Source: a virus (Duplodnaviria; Caudoviricetes). Taken from it: a DNA stretch of 30,829 nucleotides. The stretch spans positions 1 through 30,829 of IMG/VR virus record IMGVR_UViG_3300004633_000024; one strand, given 5' to 3'. Numbering within the stretch: position 1 is the stretch's first letter; every line of letters starts with the position of its first letter. The translations under genes were made by a program, and so were the position numbers. A model generated the notes under the pieces. It had not been told where the DNA came from. It saw nothing but the letters and a program-made list of their open reading frames with translations, and did no database searches. Below, one piece after another: positions 16,893-24,964 of this stretch.

Positions 16893-17092
16893 TTTGCTTT
16901 CCTCGTCAGATAGCGCTTCGCCGGCCCCTGCGGCGCCAAGTCTCTCGTCGGTAACGCCGCGGCATCAAAGACGCTCGGCACGATCTTGCCGCTGCCCTCT
17001 TCGGCGATTTTGTCGGCGAGATTGTCCGGCAGCGCATAGCGGTCGCCGGCGCGATAGGGGCGCATGTCGCGCGTGAATTCAACGAGCTTCAT
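16889..17092 (-). CDS. Small head-region protein
   Basis: ATG at 17092, MKLVEFTRDMRPYRAGDRYALPDNLADKI..EG.G, a pattern common in small genes after capsid genes; ATGA-coupled at both ends. Confidence 0.7.
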   Translation of the reverse strand: MKLVEFTRDMRPYRAGDRYALPDNLADKIAEEGSGKIVPSVFDAAALPTRDLAPQGPAKRYLTRKAK

Positions 17093-17229
17093 GCCGGCCG
17101 GCCGTAGATATCGGTCGCCGGCGTCGAGTTTTTGCGACCCCAAAACCAGCGATAGCAGAGGCAGCAGATCCAGCTATCGATATATTGCCAGCGCTGCTCT
17201 TGTGGGTGATCGCAGGGCGGTCTCTTCAT
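17089..17229 (-). CDS. 46-aa Cys/Trp-rich peptide, possible zinc finger (not in ORF track)
   Basis: MKRPPCDHPQEQRWQYIDSWICCLCYRWFWGRKNSTPATDIYGRPA; ATGA overlaps at both start and stop. Confidence 0.65.
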   Translation of the reverse strand: MKRPPCDHPQEQRWQYIDSWICCLCYRWFWGRKNSTPATDIYGRPA

Positions 17230-18650
17230 TTGGGCGGTCCAAACAGGACGTCGATCTGGCTCGTGTATTCCTTCTCGCCGACATGGATGAGGTTGATCGT
17301 CGGGTCGAACCAGACGCGGCCGCCAACGTCGCGCCAGATACGACAGAAATCGTAATCCTCGCCCGGCTCGTCCGGATCGTCGTGCGGGAATTTAAAAAAT
17401 CGGTAGTAATGCGCGCGTTCGGCCGGCGACATTTTCGGGTCGCCGTTGAGCTTCACACATTCCGGGTGCGCCGCGATCAGCGCCTCGAAGACGCGGCGCT
17501 CGATCTTCAACATGCCGGTGCCGAGCGAGAGCACCTCGACTGCGCCCATCGCATCCTGCGTGATCTCTTGCCCGAGCCAGCGGCAGCAATATTTGCGGAT
17601 ATCGTCGTCGGGCAGATCGACCTTTTTGGCGCCGACGCCGCCGATCACCGGCTGGTCGGAAGCCAGCAGTCGCACGACGTCATTGGCCTCCCAGCCCATA
17701 TCGTCGTCGATAAAGAGGAGATCGGTGCAGTCGCTCGCGAGAAATTTCGCGACGAGCTCGTTGCGCACGCGCGGCAGGTTCGAACTGCCGACGATAAATT
17801 CGAATTCGAGGCCTATCCCCAATTTCATGCACAGCACGACGGTCTTGATTACCGCGACCGTGTACTGCCGCACCGGGTGCCGCGCGATTGGCGTCGCGAT
17901 CATGACACTACGCGATTGGGCGCGCTGTAGCCGCGCGACCATCGGGATTTCCGCGCCGAGCGCGCGGACCCGATCGGCGGCGCGCGCGAAATCCTTGGCT
18001 CGCCACGCGCGGTAGACCGCCTCGTCACTTGCCCACAAACCGGCCTCGCGGTCGGGGCCTGGATGCGCCGTCGTAAACCCGTCGCCATAGGCGGCATGGT
18101 GCGTCTCGTCGGCTGTGGCTTCGCCTTTCATGACGTGCGCGTGCCGCACCATCACGTCCATGCGGCATTCCCAGGCACCGGTACTGCGCCCGAGCGCCTC
18201 CCAGACGTCGTCGACAAAAAGGTGATGCATGCCGGGCGGGAAGATATAGCCGACCGCGCGGATGACCGGCCCCGCCATGATCCAGCAATTGGCGACGCGC
18301 TGTGGCGCGGTCCAGCCGTCATTGCAGCTTACAAGGCCGGCGTTCGCGAGCTGCTCGACCAATATCCGGTCCCACTGCGGCGTCTCGGGAATATTGTCGT
18401 CGCCGATAAGGCCGAGCCAGGCGCAGTCTTTGATCTCGTCCCAGACCTCGCGGATCTTGTCGCCTTGCGTCGCGCCTTCCGTCACGCGGATGAACCAGCC
18501 GACCGGCAGTTCGACTTGCGCGTAGTCGCTCTCGGCGAGGTCGCCGCGGTCGATCAAGACCATGCCCGGGGTCGAGCCCCCGGTCGCGCGGTAGGCATCG
18601 AAAAACCGCGCGAGATTGGCCGGCCGGCGCCGGCTAGGCAGCAGCCACAT
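17226..18650 (-). CDS. Two-domain GT-A fold glycosyltransferase
   Basis: Domain 1: LPSRRRP...LIGDDN...HLFVDD. Domain 2: VMIATP...RNELV..FL...LLFIDDD...GTGMLKI.R.VF...GEDYDFC..W...G..VW.DP.I.L.HVG. RBS GAGGAG. Confidence 0.85.
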   Translation of the reverse strand: MWLLPSRRRPANLARFFDAYRATGGSTPGMVLIDRGDLAESDYAQVELPVGWFIRVTEGATQGDKIREVWDEIKDCAWLGLIGDDNIPETPQWDRILVEQLANAGLVSCNDGWTAPQRVANCWIMAGPVIRAVGYIFPPGMHHLFVDDVWEALGRSTGAWECRMDVMVRHAHVMKGEATADETHHAAYGDGFTTAHPGPDREAGLWASDEAVYRAWRAKDFARAADRVRALGAEIPMVARLQRAQSRSVMIATPIARHPVRQYTVAVIKTVVLCMKLGIGLEFEFIVGSSNLPRVRNELVAKFLASDCTDLLFIDDDMGWEANDVVRLLASDQPVIGGVGAKKVDLPDDDIRKYCCRWLGQEITQDAMGAVEVLSLGTGMLKIERRVFEALIAAHPECVKLNGDPKMSPAERAHYYRFFKFPHDDPDEPGEDYDFCRIWRDVGGRVWFDPTINLIHVGEKEYTSQIDVLFGPPK

Positions 18651-18693
18651 TTCTCCTCTATGATTTGCTGCGGAAAAAAGGGAGTTCGGCCGG

Positions 18694-18927
18694 ATGGCCG
18701 TTATTCACGTCACGGTATTCGGCCAACGCCTCGTCTGGCTGAAGCACGACGACTCAGACGAGGGGCCGCTCGCGCTACCCGATCACATCGACGAGGACGG
18801 CAATGTGAAACTCGAGCACGCGTTCGACTCGGATTCCTTCGCCCATGTCTGCGACGACGGGAAAATCCGGCGCTATGGCGAGGTGATCGGTTCGGTCGGC
18901 GATTTAGTAATTATCTCGCCGCAATGA
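18694..18927 (+). CDS. Hypothetical small acidic protein
   Basis: GGGAG RBS and ATG; fills the gap between minus-strand genes on the opposite strand. Confidence 0.6.
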   Translation: MAVIHVTVFGQRLVWLKHDDSDEGPLALPDHIDEDGNVKLEHAFDSDSFAHVCDDGKIRRYGEVIGSVGDLVIISPQ

Positions 18928-19091
18928 TCCCGAGCGAGGAGGCTAGCCTCACATTCCCGCGAAGAACGCGCCCGGCTGCGGCTGCGGCGCGTATACGAGA
19001 ACATGGTCTTTGGATCCACCTACGTTATCCGCCGACTTCCGGCCTGCGGCACGATCCTCAGCACGGAGCGGCCGGAGTGGAGGCACCCCTA

Positions 19092-19451
19092 ATGGCTGTC
19101 TACGTCGACGATATGCGTGCCAGCTTTGGCCGGATGATTATGTGTCACATGCTCGCGGATACGATCGCGGAGCTCCACGCGATGGCGGACACTATCGGTG
19201 TCCAGCGCAAATGGTTCCAGGGCTGTCGCAAGGCATCCTGGCCCCACTACGATATCGCAATGTCCAAGCGTGCGCTCGCCGTCCAGGCCGGCGCCGTAGA
19301 GTTGGACCGGTACGCACTCAGCGCGATGCTGCGCCGTTGGCGCGAACAAGGCCGCTTTGTAGGAGCATCTCGCTGGTCAGCGACGGCTCCTCCGGTAGAT
19401 GTCGTTGACCCCCAGCGTCGCGATCTTGCGATAGCCGGCGGGGTTCAGTAG
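19092..19451 (+). CDS. DUF4031 family protein
   Basis: MAVYVDD...MCHMLADT..ELHAMA..IG..R.WFQ...HYDI..SKR..A...GA; GGAGG RBS. Confidence 0.85.
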   Translation: MAVYVDDMRASFGRMIMCHMLADTIAELHAMADTIGVQRKWFQGCRKASWPHYDIAMSKRALAVQAGAVELDRYALSAMLRRWREQGRFVGASRWSATAPPVDVVDPQRRDLAIAGGVQ

Positions 19452-19985
19452 CGCCTCGATGGCAGGCTCGCCGTAGTTATTCTCGACATCGAGCACATCG
19501 ATATCGAAGTAATCGAAGTCGAGCGCGCTGAGGGCGGCAAATTCCGCGCCCTCGATATCGGCGCTCAGATAATCGATCCGGCGTAAGCCGCGGCTCTGAA
19601 GAATTATGTCGAGCGGTAGCGTTGCGACGCCAAAATGCTGCACCGCGGCGTCGCCGATACGCCGGCGATGACGCTCGTCCATTTGGGCGGTGATCCCACT
19701 CCAGCCCGCGACGCTTTCGACGTCGGTAAACCCGGCGATGCCCTCATTAGCATCGACCGCCGCCAGTATCTTGTGCGCCCGGCGGCCGCTATTGAGAAGA
19801 CGGCAGAACGAGCGCGGGTTAGCCTCGATCAAGAGGCCATCCCAGCCGCGCTCGCGCTCGAAAAATAGCGTATTACTCGTTTCGAGCCCGTCGAGCGCGC
19901 CAAATTCGACAAAGACGCCGCCTCGCCGGCCGCGAAAGATATTCTCCTCGAGCCAGCGGTCCTGGCCGTGCTCAGAGTGATACAC
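19377..19985 (-). CDS. FkbM family (Methyltransf_21) SAM-dependent methyltransferase
   Basis: SEHGQD...GVFVEFGALDG...SNTLFFE...GWDGLLIEANP...IDYLSADIEGAE...VENNY. Confidence 0.92.
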   Translation of the reverse strand: MYHSEHGQDRWLEENIFRGRRGGVFVEFGALDGLETSNTLFFERERGWDGLLIEANPRSFCRLLNSGRRAHKILAAVDANEGIAGFTDVESVAGWSGITAQMDERHRRRIGDAAVQHFGVATLPLDIILQSRGLRRIDYLSADIEGAEFAALSALDFDYFDIDVLDVENNYGEPAIEALLNPAGYRKIATLGVNDIYRRSRR

Positions 19986-19993
19986 CGGCGGTC

Positions 19994-21187
19994 CTATTGC
20001 GCCAGTAGCGACCCGACGACGGCGCGGGCGTCGGCCTCGGGCGCGGTCTTCATGACATGGGCGGCGCGGTATTTGAGCCGCGCGCGGTCGAGAAGATCGC
20101 CGCGGAATTCGCTGTAAGGTTCGAGCTCGCTATCGCCGCGCCGCGCCCAATAATTCCGGTCGATTCCGTCGCAAACCGCGATCGCACGGCAATTCCGGCA
20201 TTTCGCCGGAAAGACCTTGCCGGCCCGTGTGGCGATTACCCCCGGATCAAGTCCGGGGACGGAACCGGGTCGTCCTAATGGGTAATTCGTCTCAAAATCG
20301 CTGAGCCGCAGCGGCGCGCCCATTGCGCGCATCTGGGCCGGCGTCGTCGCCTCCGGATCGGCGCGATGGTCGATCGCGTTCATCCATTCATGCGGGTCGT
20401 GGCGCACGCCGACGATCCCGACATGGTTCTTTTCCATGCCGCGGATCGTGCATTGCGGCGCGTAGCGGATCGTCGCGCCGATGCCCGCCGCCTCGACGAT
20501 TGCCACCGCCTCGCGCAAATAGGGCGCGATCTCGCGATACGCGACGCGGTGATCGCCGGCGTGCTCCTCTTGCGCCCATTCGTAATAGGGCATGAAGAAC
20601 AGCCACGTCGTCTGATAGATTTCCGGCCGCGCCGCGATCCAATGCGCGATTGCCGGCAGCGCGGTATAATTCTGCTCGGTGATCGTCGTATTGGTGACGT
20701 ATTGAAAGCCGCGGCGCTGCAGCGCATCCATTGCCGCGACGAGCCGATCGAGCTCGCCGCCGGTCATCGCCTTGAAGACCGCCGGATCGGTCGAATGAAG
20801 CGAAAACCGGAAATCGGTCAATCCGGCATCGAGCAGCCGTTCCAATAGCCCGCGCCGGGTCAAGAACTGGCCGAGCGTAATGATCCGGCTCGCGAGCCCC
20901 CGTTCGGAAGCGCGCGCGACGATATCGACAATCCCGGGGTGCGCCGTTGGCTCACCGCCGGTGACGTCGAAACCGAGAAAGCGGTGCTCTGCGAGCGCCT
21001 CGACGAGCACCAATAGATTATCGAGCGCGTGCCAGCCCGCCCGCCGCATGCCGGCGAACTGATCCTTCGACCCGTCGAGATACGAGTAGAAGCAGTGCCG
21101 GCATGAGTGGACGCATTTGAGGCCGACATCGACGACGCCCCAGCGCGACAAGCGCCCGGGCTCGTGAATATAGACCCCGTCGCTCAA
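19994..21187 (-). CDS. Radical SAM enzyme with C-terminal Cys cluster (SPASM/twitch-like)
   Basis: CVHSCRHC (CxxxCxxC), TGGEPT motif, and C-terminal CRNCRAIAVCDG. Confidence 0.92.
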   Translation of the reverse strand: MSDGVYIHEPGRLSRWGVVDVGLKCVHSCRHCFYSYLDGSKDQFAGMRRAGWHALDNLLVLVEALAEHRFLGFDVTGGEPTAHPGIVDIVARASERGLASRIITLGQFLTRRGLLERLLDAGLTDFRFSLHSTDPAVFKAMTGGELDRLVAAMDALQRRGFQYVTNTTITEQNYTALPAIAHWIAARPEIYQTTWLFFMPYYEWAQEEHAGDHRVAYREIAPYLREAVAIVEAAGIGATIRYAPQCTIRGMEKNHVGIVGVRHDPHEWMNAIDHRADPEATTPAQMRAMGAPLRLSDFETNYPLGRPGSVPGLDPGVIATRAGKVFPAKCRNCRAIAVCDGIDRNYWARRGDSELEPYSEFRGDLLDRARLKYRAAHVMKTAPEADARAVVGSLLAQ

Positions 21188-21322
21188 CTAACTGCCGGCG
21201 TCGCTGACTTCGGGCGGATGAAACGCCGGGTGCGGACCGTACTCGCTATCGATTGCCGTAACCGGTACGCCACTGGCGCAGGCGGCGAGCGCCAGCGCCA
21301 GTGCCAGAAAGAGGAAGCGCAC
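21188..21322 (-). CDS. 44-aa putative lipoprotein
   Basis: GTG at 21322; VRFLFLALALALAA-C lipobox followed by ASGVPVTAIDSEYGPHPAFHPPEVSDAGS. Confidence 0.55.
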   Translation of the reverse strand: MRFLFLALALALAACASGVPVTAIDSEYGPHPAFHPPEVSDAGS

Positions 21323-21324
21323 CG

Positions 21325-21801
21325 TCAGTTCGGCGCCGGCTGGCGGTCGAAGCCGCCAATAAAGCCGACCGCGTCGTAATAGCCGGTATCGGTGCCGGCG
21401 CGGTTCAAATCCGGGTTGAAGTTGAACCGGACCCAGCGCTTCGTCGAGGTCAGGTTGACCTGGACATTCCACGCACCTTTTTGCACCGAGCCGCCCGAGG
21501 CACCGGTCGCCACCGTCACATAGGTTGCGGTCTGATAATCCGACCAGTTCGAGTTGTCGGCCGAATGCTGTACGGCATAACCGATCGACAAGGTATTGCC
21601 GCTGCCGAGCGTCGCTTCATAGGCGACGGAAGCGAGCATACTCAGCGGCAATGAGCCGGTCGAAAAGCCTTCGCGGTCGATTGAGATGCCGGTCGTGCTC
21701 GTCGCGTCGCCGGTACCGCCGGCCGTCGCGGTCGCGTGGTCGGACAGGCGCAGGATATCGCCCAGCGCACCGACATTGCGCACCAAATTGATGTCAGCCA
21801 T
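21325..21801 (-). CDS. Capsid cement / decoration-like protein
   Basis: Directly after the capsid gene; beta-rich with ID..G...VQHSADNSNWSD...KRWVR pattern. Confidence 0.75.
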   Translation of the reverse strand: MADINLVRNVGALGDILRLSDHATATAGGTGDATSTTGISIDREGFSTGSLPLSMLASVAYEATLGSGNTLSIGYAVQHSADNSNWSDYQTATYVTVATGASGGSVQKGAWNVQVNLTSTKRWVRFNFNPDLNRAGTDTGYYDAVGFIGGFDRQPAPN

Positions 21802-21834
21802 TTTACTGCAATCCCTTTAAGAAATGGCCGGCGC

Positions 21835-23235
21835 TTAAGAAATCGCCGGCGCCCAGCGCACCATCTGGATCACCGCGACCGACTGGTCGTGGCGTAGCTG
21901 GAAATCGTGCTCGGCAATCGCGCGGATCAGCGTCTGGTCGTTCTGGAACGCCGAGACGGTATTGCCCGCGCTGTCGACATAGCTGCCCTCGCGCGACACG
22001 GCGAGCTCAAGGCTCATCGAGTCGAGGATCATCGCCTCGTCCATTTCGGCGAGGAAGACGAACGAGTTGTCGTTATTCGAGCTCGCGGCGTCGTGGTAGT
22101 TGGTGCCAATCTGCGTCGTCTTTTTGAACGGGTAGCCGAGCAGGGTGCCGGCGACGAGTTCCTCGCGATAGACGTAGACGCCGAGCGAGTTCTGCACGTT
22201 AAAGAGGTAATTGAAGCTCCGCGGGTGCATGAACCAGACGCGCTTCATATCCGCCACATTGGCGGTATCGAGCCGGTTGACACAGCCGCCCAATTCGCTC
22301 GCCACGGTCGCCAAGGTATAGCTGGCGTTCGACGAGATGAAATTGCCGCCGGTCGAATTCGCCGGATCGCTGCCGTTGACCGCCAACGTCGAATTGCCGC
22401 TCGTGCTGAAGACGCCGATCGTGCCGCCATTGGCGCCGACCCAACCATTGGCGAAGGAGAGGAACCCGCGCGGCGTGTCGAGCGTGCCGTCGCCCAACAG
22501 GAAAGCCAAATCCTCGCGCAGCGCGACAACCTTTACGAGATCGTCCCGGACAAACGCGTCGACCGCCGGGTCGGCATAGCGCATCATGTCGTTCGACACC
22601 GGCACCAGCGCGGTCAGCTTTTTGTAGCTGGCGACGATCTGGTTCAATTTTTGCTGTGACGCGGTGATTTGCGCCGTCTCGCTGCCGTAGGTCGCGGTCG
22701 CCGCCGAGGCCTGGCCGGGCAACGTCATCGTGCCACGCGGCATCGGGATCACCCGCGGCCCCGCCGAGCGTACCTGCGCGCGCGGCCGCAATAGCTCGAT
22801 GATCTCGGCGACGTAATCGGGCGGCACGATAAAGCCGCCGGAGCTGCCGACCGAGACGACGAGCGCGCGCGTTACCGGGTGGGCTTCGCCGTAGAGGTCG
22901 GTCGCCGCTTGGCGCGCGGCGTAGATATTGCCGCCGCCGATACCGAGCATCTTGACGACGCCGCCGATTACAAGGCTCGGCTCTTTCTCGTAGCGATCGG
23001 TCTTTGCCGCCGCCGGCACAGCCCGCTGCTGGCCTTCGACCGGCTGCGCCGTCGCGGCCGCCGCCGCCTGCGCCTCGCGGGCGCGAGTGATGCGGTCGTC
23101 TAAGGCAATCACCGCCTCTTTTTCGGCCGCGTAACTTTTGCGCTCTTCATTCGAGAGCGTCTCTTGATCGGCGAGGGCCTTGAACCGGTCAAAGGCCGCC
23201 GCTCGCTGTCTGACGAGGTCGCTGACCTTGTCCAT
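21835..23235 (-). CDS. Major capsid protein, HK97 fold
   Basis: N-terminal coiled-coil delta domain, GGFIVPPDY..EIIELLR, KKL.ALVPVSN, D.AFLLGDG...P.G, AFQNDQT.IRAI..HDF. Confidence 0.96.
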   Translation of the reverse strand: MDKVSDLVRQRAAAFDRFKALADQETLSNEERKSYAAEKEAVIALDDRITRAREAQAAAAATAQPVEGQQRAVPAAAKTDRYEKEPSLVIGGVVKMLGIGGGNIYAARQAATDLYGEAHPVTRALVVSVGSSGGFIVPPDYVAEIIELLRPRAQVRSAGPRVIPMPRGTMTLPGQASAATATYGSETAQITASQQKLNQIVASYKKLTALVPVSNDMMRYADPAVDAFVRDDLVKVVALREDLAFLLGDGTLDTPRGFLSFANGWVGANGGTIGVFSTSGNSTLAVNGSDPANSTGGNFISSNASYTLATVASELGGCVNRLDTANVADMKRVWFMHPRSFNYLFNVQNSLGVYVYREELVAGTLLGYPFKKTTQIGTNYHDAASSNNDNSFVFLAEMDEAMILDSMSLELAVSREGSYVDSAGNTVSAFQNDQTLIRAIAEHDFQLRHDQSVAVIQMVRWAPAIS

Positions 23236-23240
23236 GCGGT

Positions 23241-23280
23241 AGGCTCCATCATGGGGATGCGGCGTCTCTCGACGCTGCGG
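23241..23280 (-). repeat. 40-bp structured leader, copy 2 (capsid 5' UTR)
   Basis: 38/40 identical to 15874..15913; includes the capsid gene RBS. Confidence 0.95.
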
Positions 23281-23352
23281 TCGCCTTGCCCAAGGGCCCT
23301 GCGGGCGCCGCCTCGCCCCGGGCTTGACCCGGGGGACGGGCGGTAGAATTTT

Positions 23353-24714
23353 TCAGTGAGTAGTTGGCGAGAGCTCGCGGAGCTCCGCTTGACGTCGACG
23401 GTAGTCGGCCGAGCGCGAGCCTTCGTCCTCGCCAACGCCGGCCGAGGTCTGGATTTCCTTGCTCGCTTCGCCGCCGTCATCCATCAGCGCGCGGACCATC
23501 TGCGCCGCGCGGGTATGCGAGCGCATCGCGCAGCGGTGCAGTTCCATCGCTTCCTCGTGGTGGTCCATCGCCTCGCGGAAACAGCGCATCGTCGCGGCCG
23601 AATGCTTCGCGCCGGTGCGGACACCGACCGCCGAATAGGCGGCCTTCGCGCGCAGATAAGCGAGGCGGAATTGCCGGATTTTGGGGCTGGGCGCCGCCAT
23701 CACCAGCGCAACATCGTCGTCGTCGAGCCCGAGCGCGTCATGCGGATCGACCTCGTCGCCCCCGCAGCGTTCGGCGACCTCCTCTTTGGTCATTGCGATC
23801 AGTGCGGCGCCGAGTTCGTGGCAAACCTTGGCGAGCATCGCCGGAACCTCAGACTCGTCGCCCTCGAGCGCGCTCTCGCACTCGGCCGCCGCCTTGACGT
23901 CGCAGAGGCAATCCATCAGCCAGGCGAGCCGGCCGACATCCATCATGCCGCGGATTATCGCCGGCGGTGCGGCGCGTTCGCCCCCCGCTTCCGCGGCGGC
24001 AGGCTCCTCCTCGGCGCGCGCCGAGGGCGGGCCGTCCTTGTCGATCTTCTCTTTCCAGGCGGCGACGATCTTGGCCTTGATCTTGTCGACCTCGTCGGCG
24101 CTGTAAGGCTCCTGGTTTTTCGCCTCGTGGATGTAGTTCCAGGCCGCCTTGATGTGCGCCGCCGTATCGATCGGGTAGCGGGGCTTTTTGTCCTCTTGGT
24201 AGCCCGGGTCGGCGTATTTGACGTCACCGTATTCGCCCTCGGGCTTTTCGTCCTTTTTCTCGCGCTGCAAAACAACCGCCTCCCGGTCGGCGGGCACCGA
24301 CACGAATGAGATTTCCATCAGTTCCGAGCGGATGATCCGGTGGCCGCCTCGCGGCTTTTTCGCGTCGAGCGGCTCACTCTCTAGCGGGTCAAACCCGATC
24401 GAGACGGCGTTGACGACGCCGGCCTTGACCAGCCCGCAAATTTCATCGGCCTTGGGGCTGACCCCTTCCGGCGCAAATTCGACGTCGGCGCAAAGATCGG
24501 CGCCGTCCATTTGGAGCGACGCGGCGCGCGCAACCGGCGCCGCAGGGTCGTGCTGCCACAGCATGACCGGGTTCTTGCGATAGTGCGTCAGATCGATGCC
24601 GGCCGGCACGACGATCATACCGTCGCGCCCCAAGGCACCGGTCGACGCGCGGACGCGCACCTGGCGCGGCCCGAGCTCTTGTCCGAGCTCGAGCGGATAG
24701 GTTCGGCGGATCAT
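23353..24714 (-). CDS. HK97-family prohead protease fused to a DUF6582-like domain and a long C-terminal extension
   Basis: NPVMLWQHD (His), AVSIGF (Ser), ELMEISFVSVPA; then YGDVKYADPG...RYPIDT..H..AAWNYI. ATG at 24714 is ATGA-coupled. Confidence 0.9.
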   Translation of the reverse strand: MIRRTYPLELGQELGPRQVRVRASTGALGRDGMIVVPAGIDLTHYRKNPVMLWQHDPAAPVARAASLQMDGADLCADVEFAPEGVSPKADEICGLVKAGVVNAVSIGFDPLESEPLDAKKPRGGHRIIRSELMEISFVSVPADREAVVLQREKKDEKPEGEYGDVKYADPGYQEDKKPRYPIDTAAHIKAAWNYIHEAKNQEPYSADEVDKIKAKIVAAWKEKIDKDGPPSARAEEEPAAAEAGGERAAPPAIIRGMMDVGRLAWLMDCLCDVKAAAECESALEGDESEVPAMLAKVCHELGAALIAMTKEEVAERCGGDEVDPHDALGLDDDDVALVMAAPSPKIRQFRLAYLRAKAAYSAVGVRTGAKHSAATMRCFREAMDHHEEAMELHRCAMRSHTRAAQMVRALMDDGGEASKEIQTSAGVGEDEGSRSADYRRRQAELRELSPTTH

Positions 24715-24950
24715 TGCAATAGCTCCGGCGGCAGCCGATCGCCCGCCACGACCGAAAGCTCGATCGAGTCCGGCATCACCACTACCTTGCGGTCGCAGCC
24801 GAAGCCCCGGCATCTCGTGATCGTCTTGGCGAGCTCGGCGATTTGCCGCTCGGTGTAATCGGCGGGGTAGCGGAAAACCAAAACATCGCCCTCGGCGAGG
24901 CCGAGCTTGGCGATCTCGAACCGTAAGACCTCGAGCGGTCGTTCAGTCAT
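24711..24950 (-). CDS. Hypothetical small protein
   Basis: Fills the portal-protease gap; its stop overlaps the protease ATG. Confidence 0.65.
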   Translation of the reverse strand: MTERPLEVLRFEIAKLGLAEGDVLVFRYPADYTERQIAELAKTITRCRGFGCDRKVVVMPDSIELSVVAGDRLPPELLQ

Positions 24951-24964
24951 GTTTGCGATTAACC

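Noticed and set aside
18063-19451. 462-aa plus-strand ORF
   Set aside because: The N-terminal part is the antisense shadow of the GT; only the DUF4031 portion from ATG 19092 has an RBS and a recognisable motif.
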